The position numbers and the translations under genes were made by a program. A stretch of DNA of 63,796 bases, the filler included, from Collodictyon triciliatum (taxonomy: Eukaryota), in NCBI GenBank assembly GCA_043381765.1. It is 5 parts of 5 records of this genome, joined end to end, with 100 filler letters (N's around TTAATTAATTAA, not from the genome) between each part and the next. Parts side by side here need not be neighbours in the genome. Positions count along the whole stretch, not along the records: positions 58,805 to 63,796 come from JBHJMP010000174.1; 4 more parts are not named here. One strand, given 5' to 3'. The notes beneath the pieces were generated by a model, which worked only from the letters and a program-made list of their open reading frames with translations, made no database searches and had not been told where the DNA came from. This document shows, piece after piece, positions 62,213 to 63,796 of this stretch (position 1 is its first letter; each line of letters begins with the position of its first letter).

Positions 62213-63553
62213 ATGCGGGAGGGGCAGCAGACGCGGCTGCGCATTTCAGTTCTTACCAGCCTGTTTCTTTTGCTTGTTCTTGTTTGCGCTGTCACGGCCT
62301 CATCCAACCGACGCCAACTCTCAAAACAAGTCAACACGCTTGATCGGCCCACGCTGATCGAGCCCAACGAAGGTGAGGACTATCCAGACCCAAACTCTCC
62401 TTTGCAGCCGTGTCCCCGCATGTAAGGCTTTCTTTTCTTTCTTTCCTCTCTCCGTCCCTTCCTTCACGACTTCTGCACTCTTTTTCCTTCTTATTCCTCT
62501 CATTCCCTGTTATCTATCTGCCTGCTCACAAGCCTATTACATTCGCTTGTCCGCCTTGTATCACACACTTTGGTAGATCGCCAGACTTTTTCCGCTGCGC
62601 GTTGTACGACATCTCGGACAAGAGCGGCAAAGAGATTGCCGGCAGAAACCTGACCGGATGCAAAGAGTATAGCGGGTTCAAGACAGAAAAGACAAAGACG
62701 GGAACTGCAAACTGCACCGTTTTTGATGGCATCGAGTGTGCCGGGTCTCGTTGGTTCTTGTTGGAAAACGTGCCGTGTGTCAAGTGAGGCAAACCTCTAA
62801 TTTTATTGTACTCATTATCTTTCCTTCAGTCTGGTATATGCTTCTTTTTTGCCTTTTCGCATGATTTGAACAATACATTACGATAAGCCATTTTGATGCG
62901 CTTATTTTAAAGTGGCGGTCTAAGAAGCCCACTTAGAAATTACAGAAGAAGAAGAAGAAAAAAAAAAAAAAAAAAAAAGGGACGACCAAAACCAATAACG
63001 TTTAATCAACTCTGTTTCTACTATTTTTNNNNNNNNNNNNNNNNNNNNNNNNNNNNNNNNNNNNNNNNNNNNNNNNNNNNNNNNNNNNNNNNNNNNNNNN
63101 NNNNNNNNNNNNNNNNNNNNNNNNNNNNATTACGATAAGCCATTTTGATGCGCTTATTTTAAAATGGAGGTAAAAAAAAAAAAAATAAAAATAAAAGAAA
63201 AAAAAAAAAAAAAAAAAAAAAAAAGAAGAGACGACCAAATCCAATTGCGTTTAATCGCATCGGCTACTACTCATTTTTCTCGGCGTATCAATGTTGCACT
63301 TCAGAAACGCACTATTTGACCTGCATCTTTTACGGATAGGTACTCCGAGAAGCGCTACCCAACAGCAATCCTCCTCTCGGTCTTCCTTGGCTGGATTGGG
63401 GCAGATCGAATCTATCTTGACTATGCGGTTGCTGGGTCTTTCAAGCTCTTGACACTGGGCGGTGTTGGAATCTGGTGGGTTGTCGACACTGCTCTGCTTC
63501 TGACAAACAACTACGACCCGTACAACGGCCACACGTGGGACCCGCACCCATGA
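62213..63553 (+). CDS. TM2 domain-containing protein (TM2D2-like), 3 exons
   Basis: Signal peptide, Cys-rich ectodomain (CTVFDGIECAGSRWF...VPCVKYS) and TM2 domain AILLSVFLGWIGADRIYL...FKLLTLGGVGIWWVVD. Confidence 0.92.
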
Positions 63554-63796
63554 GCACAATGTCACCCTGGAAGATGAAGCAATGGCGAGATAAACAATGA
63601 AAAGATGAAAGGCGAGAAAGAGATGGGACGAGATGTTTATACTGGATACTCTTCTGCCCTCAGTCAACGAATATGCATCTTCCACAGATGGAATCCGTTG
63701 ATCTTTGCGGTGCCGCTTTCGCTTTCTGATCCGTTGATCACAGATTGCAGAATTAATCTCAAAGATTGGGTCACAAAAAAAAAAAAAAAAAAAAAA

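Noticed and set aside
62878-63256. Near-duplicate segments of about 130 nt in the TM2 intron
   Set aside because: The copies flank an N gap, so an assembly overlap or haplotype duplication is the most likely cause.

Overview
Intron-rich, AT-rich nuclear DNA from a eukaryote, probably a flagellated protist (it carries a CFAP77-like axonemal gene). The standard genetic code fits. The window is not one locus: four artificial N44-TTAATTAATTAA-N44 linkers (about 27.6, 33.5, 46.3 and 58.7 kb) join at least five separate scaffolds. Genes were reconstructed by hand-splicing exons: the 3' end of a bacterial-type EttA ABC-F ATPase, a tandem TM-cyclase adenylyl cyclase, a haloalkane dehalogenase/OleB-like hydrolase, a Kelch membrane protein, a tankyrase-like PARP, p24/TMED, an LRR-TRP channel-SPRY protein, tRNA-Lys(UUU), bystin, a GPCR-PIP5K fusion, a DCX/KHA-repeat protein, CFAP77, a TM2-domain protein and several hypothetical genes. 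Most notable: (1) a channel combining TRPM/TRPC-like pre-S1 and TRP-helix motifs with a polycystin (TRPP) TOP domain, N-terminal LRRs and two SPRY domains; (2) an ATP-type cyclase with inverted C2-C1 domain order; (3) a GPCR-PIPK with the LR(x9)GI motif and an extra hydrophobic segment; (4) an HLD-III/OleB-like enzyme ending in a peroxisomal AKL signal. Also seen: a Helitron-like 3' end, GC-AG introns, a predicted 10-nt micro-exon, abutting convergent stop codons, recurrent T(n)A(n) palindromes and strand-biased intronic microsatellites. All family calls come from motif recognition by eye; no database searches were run.
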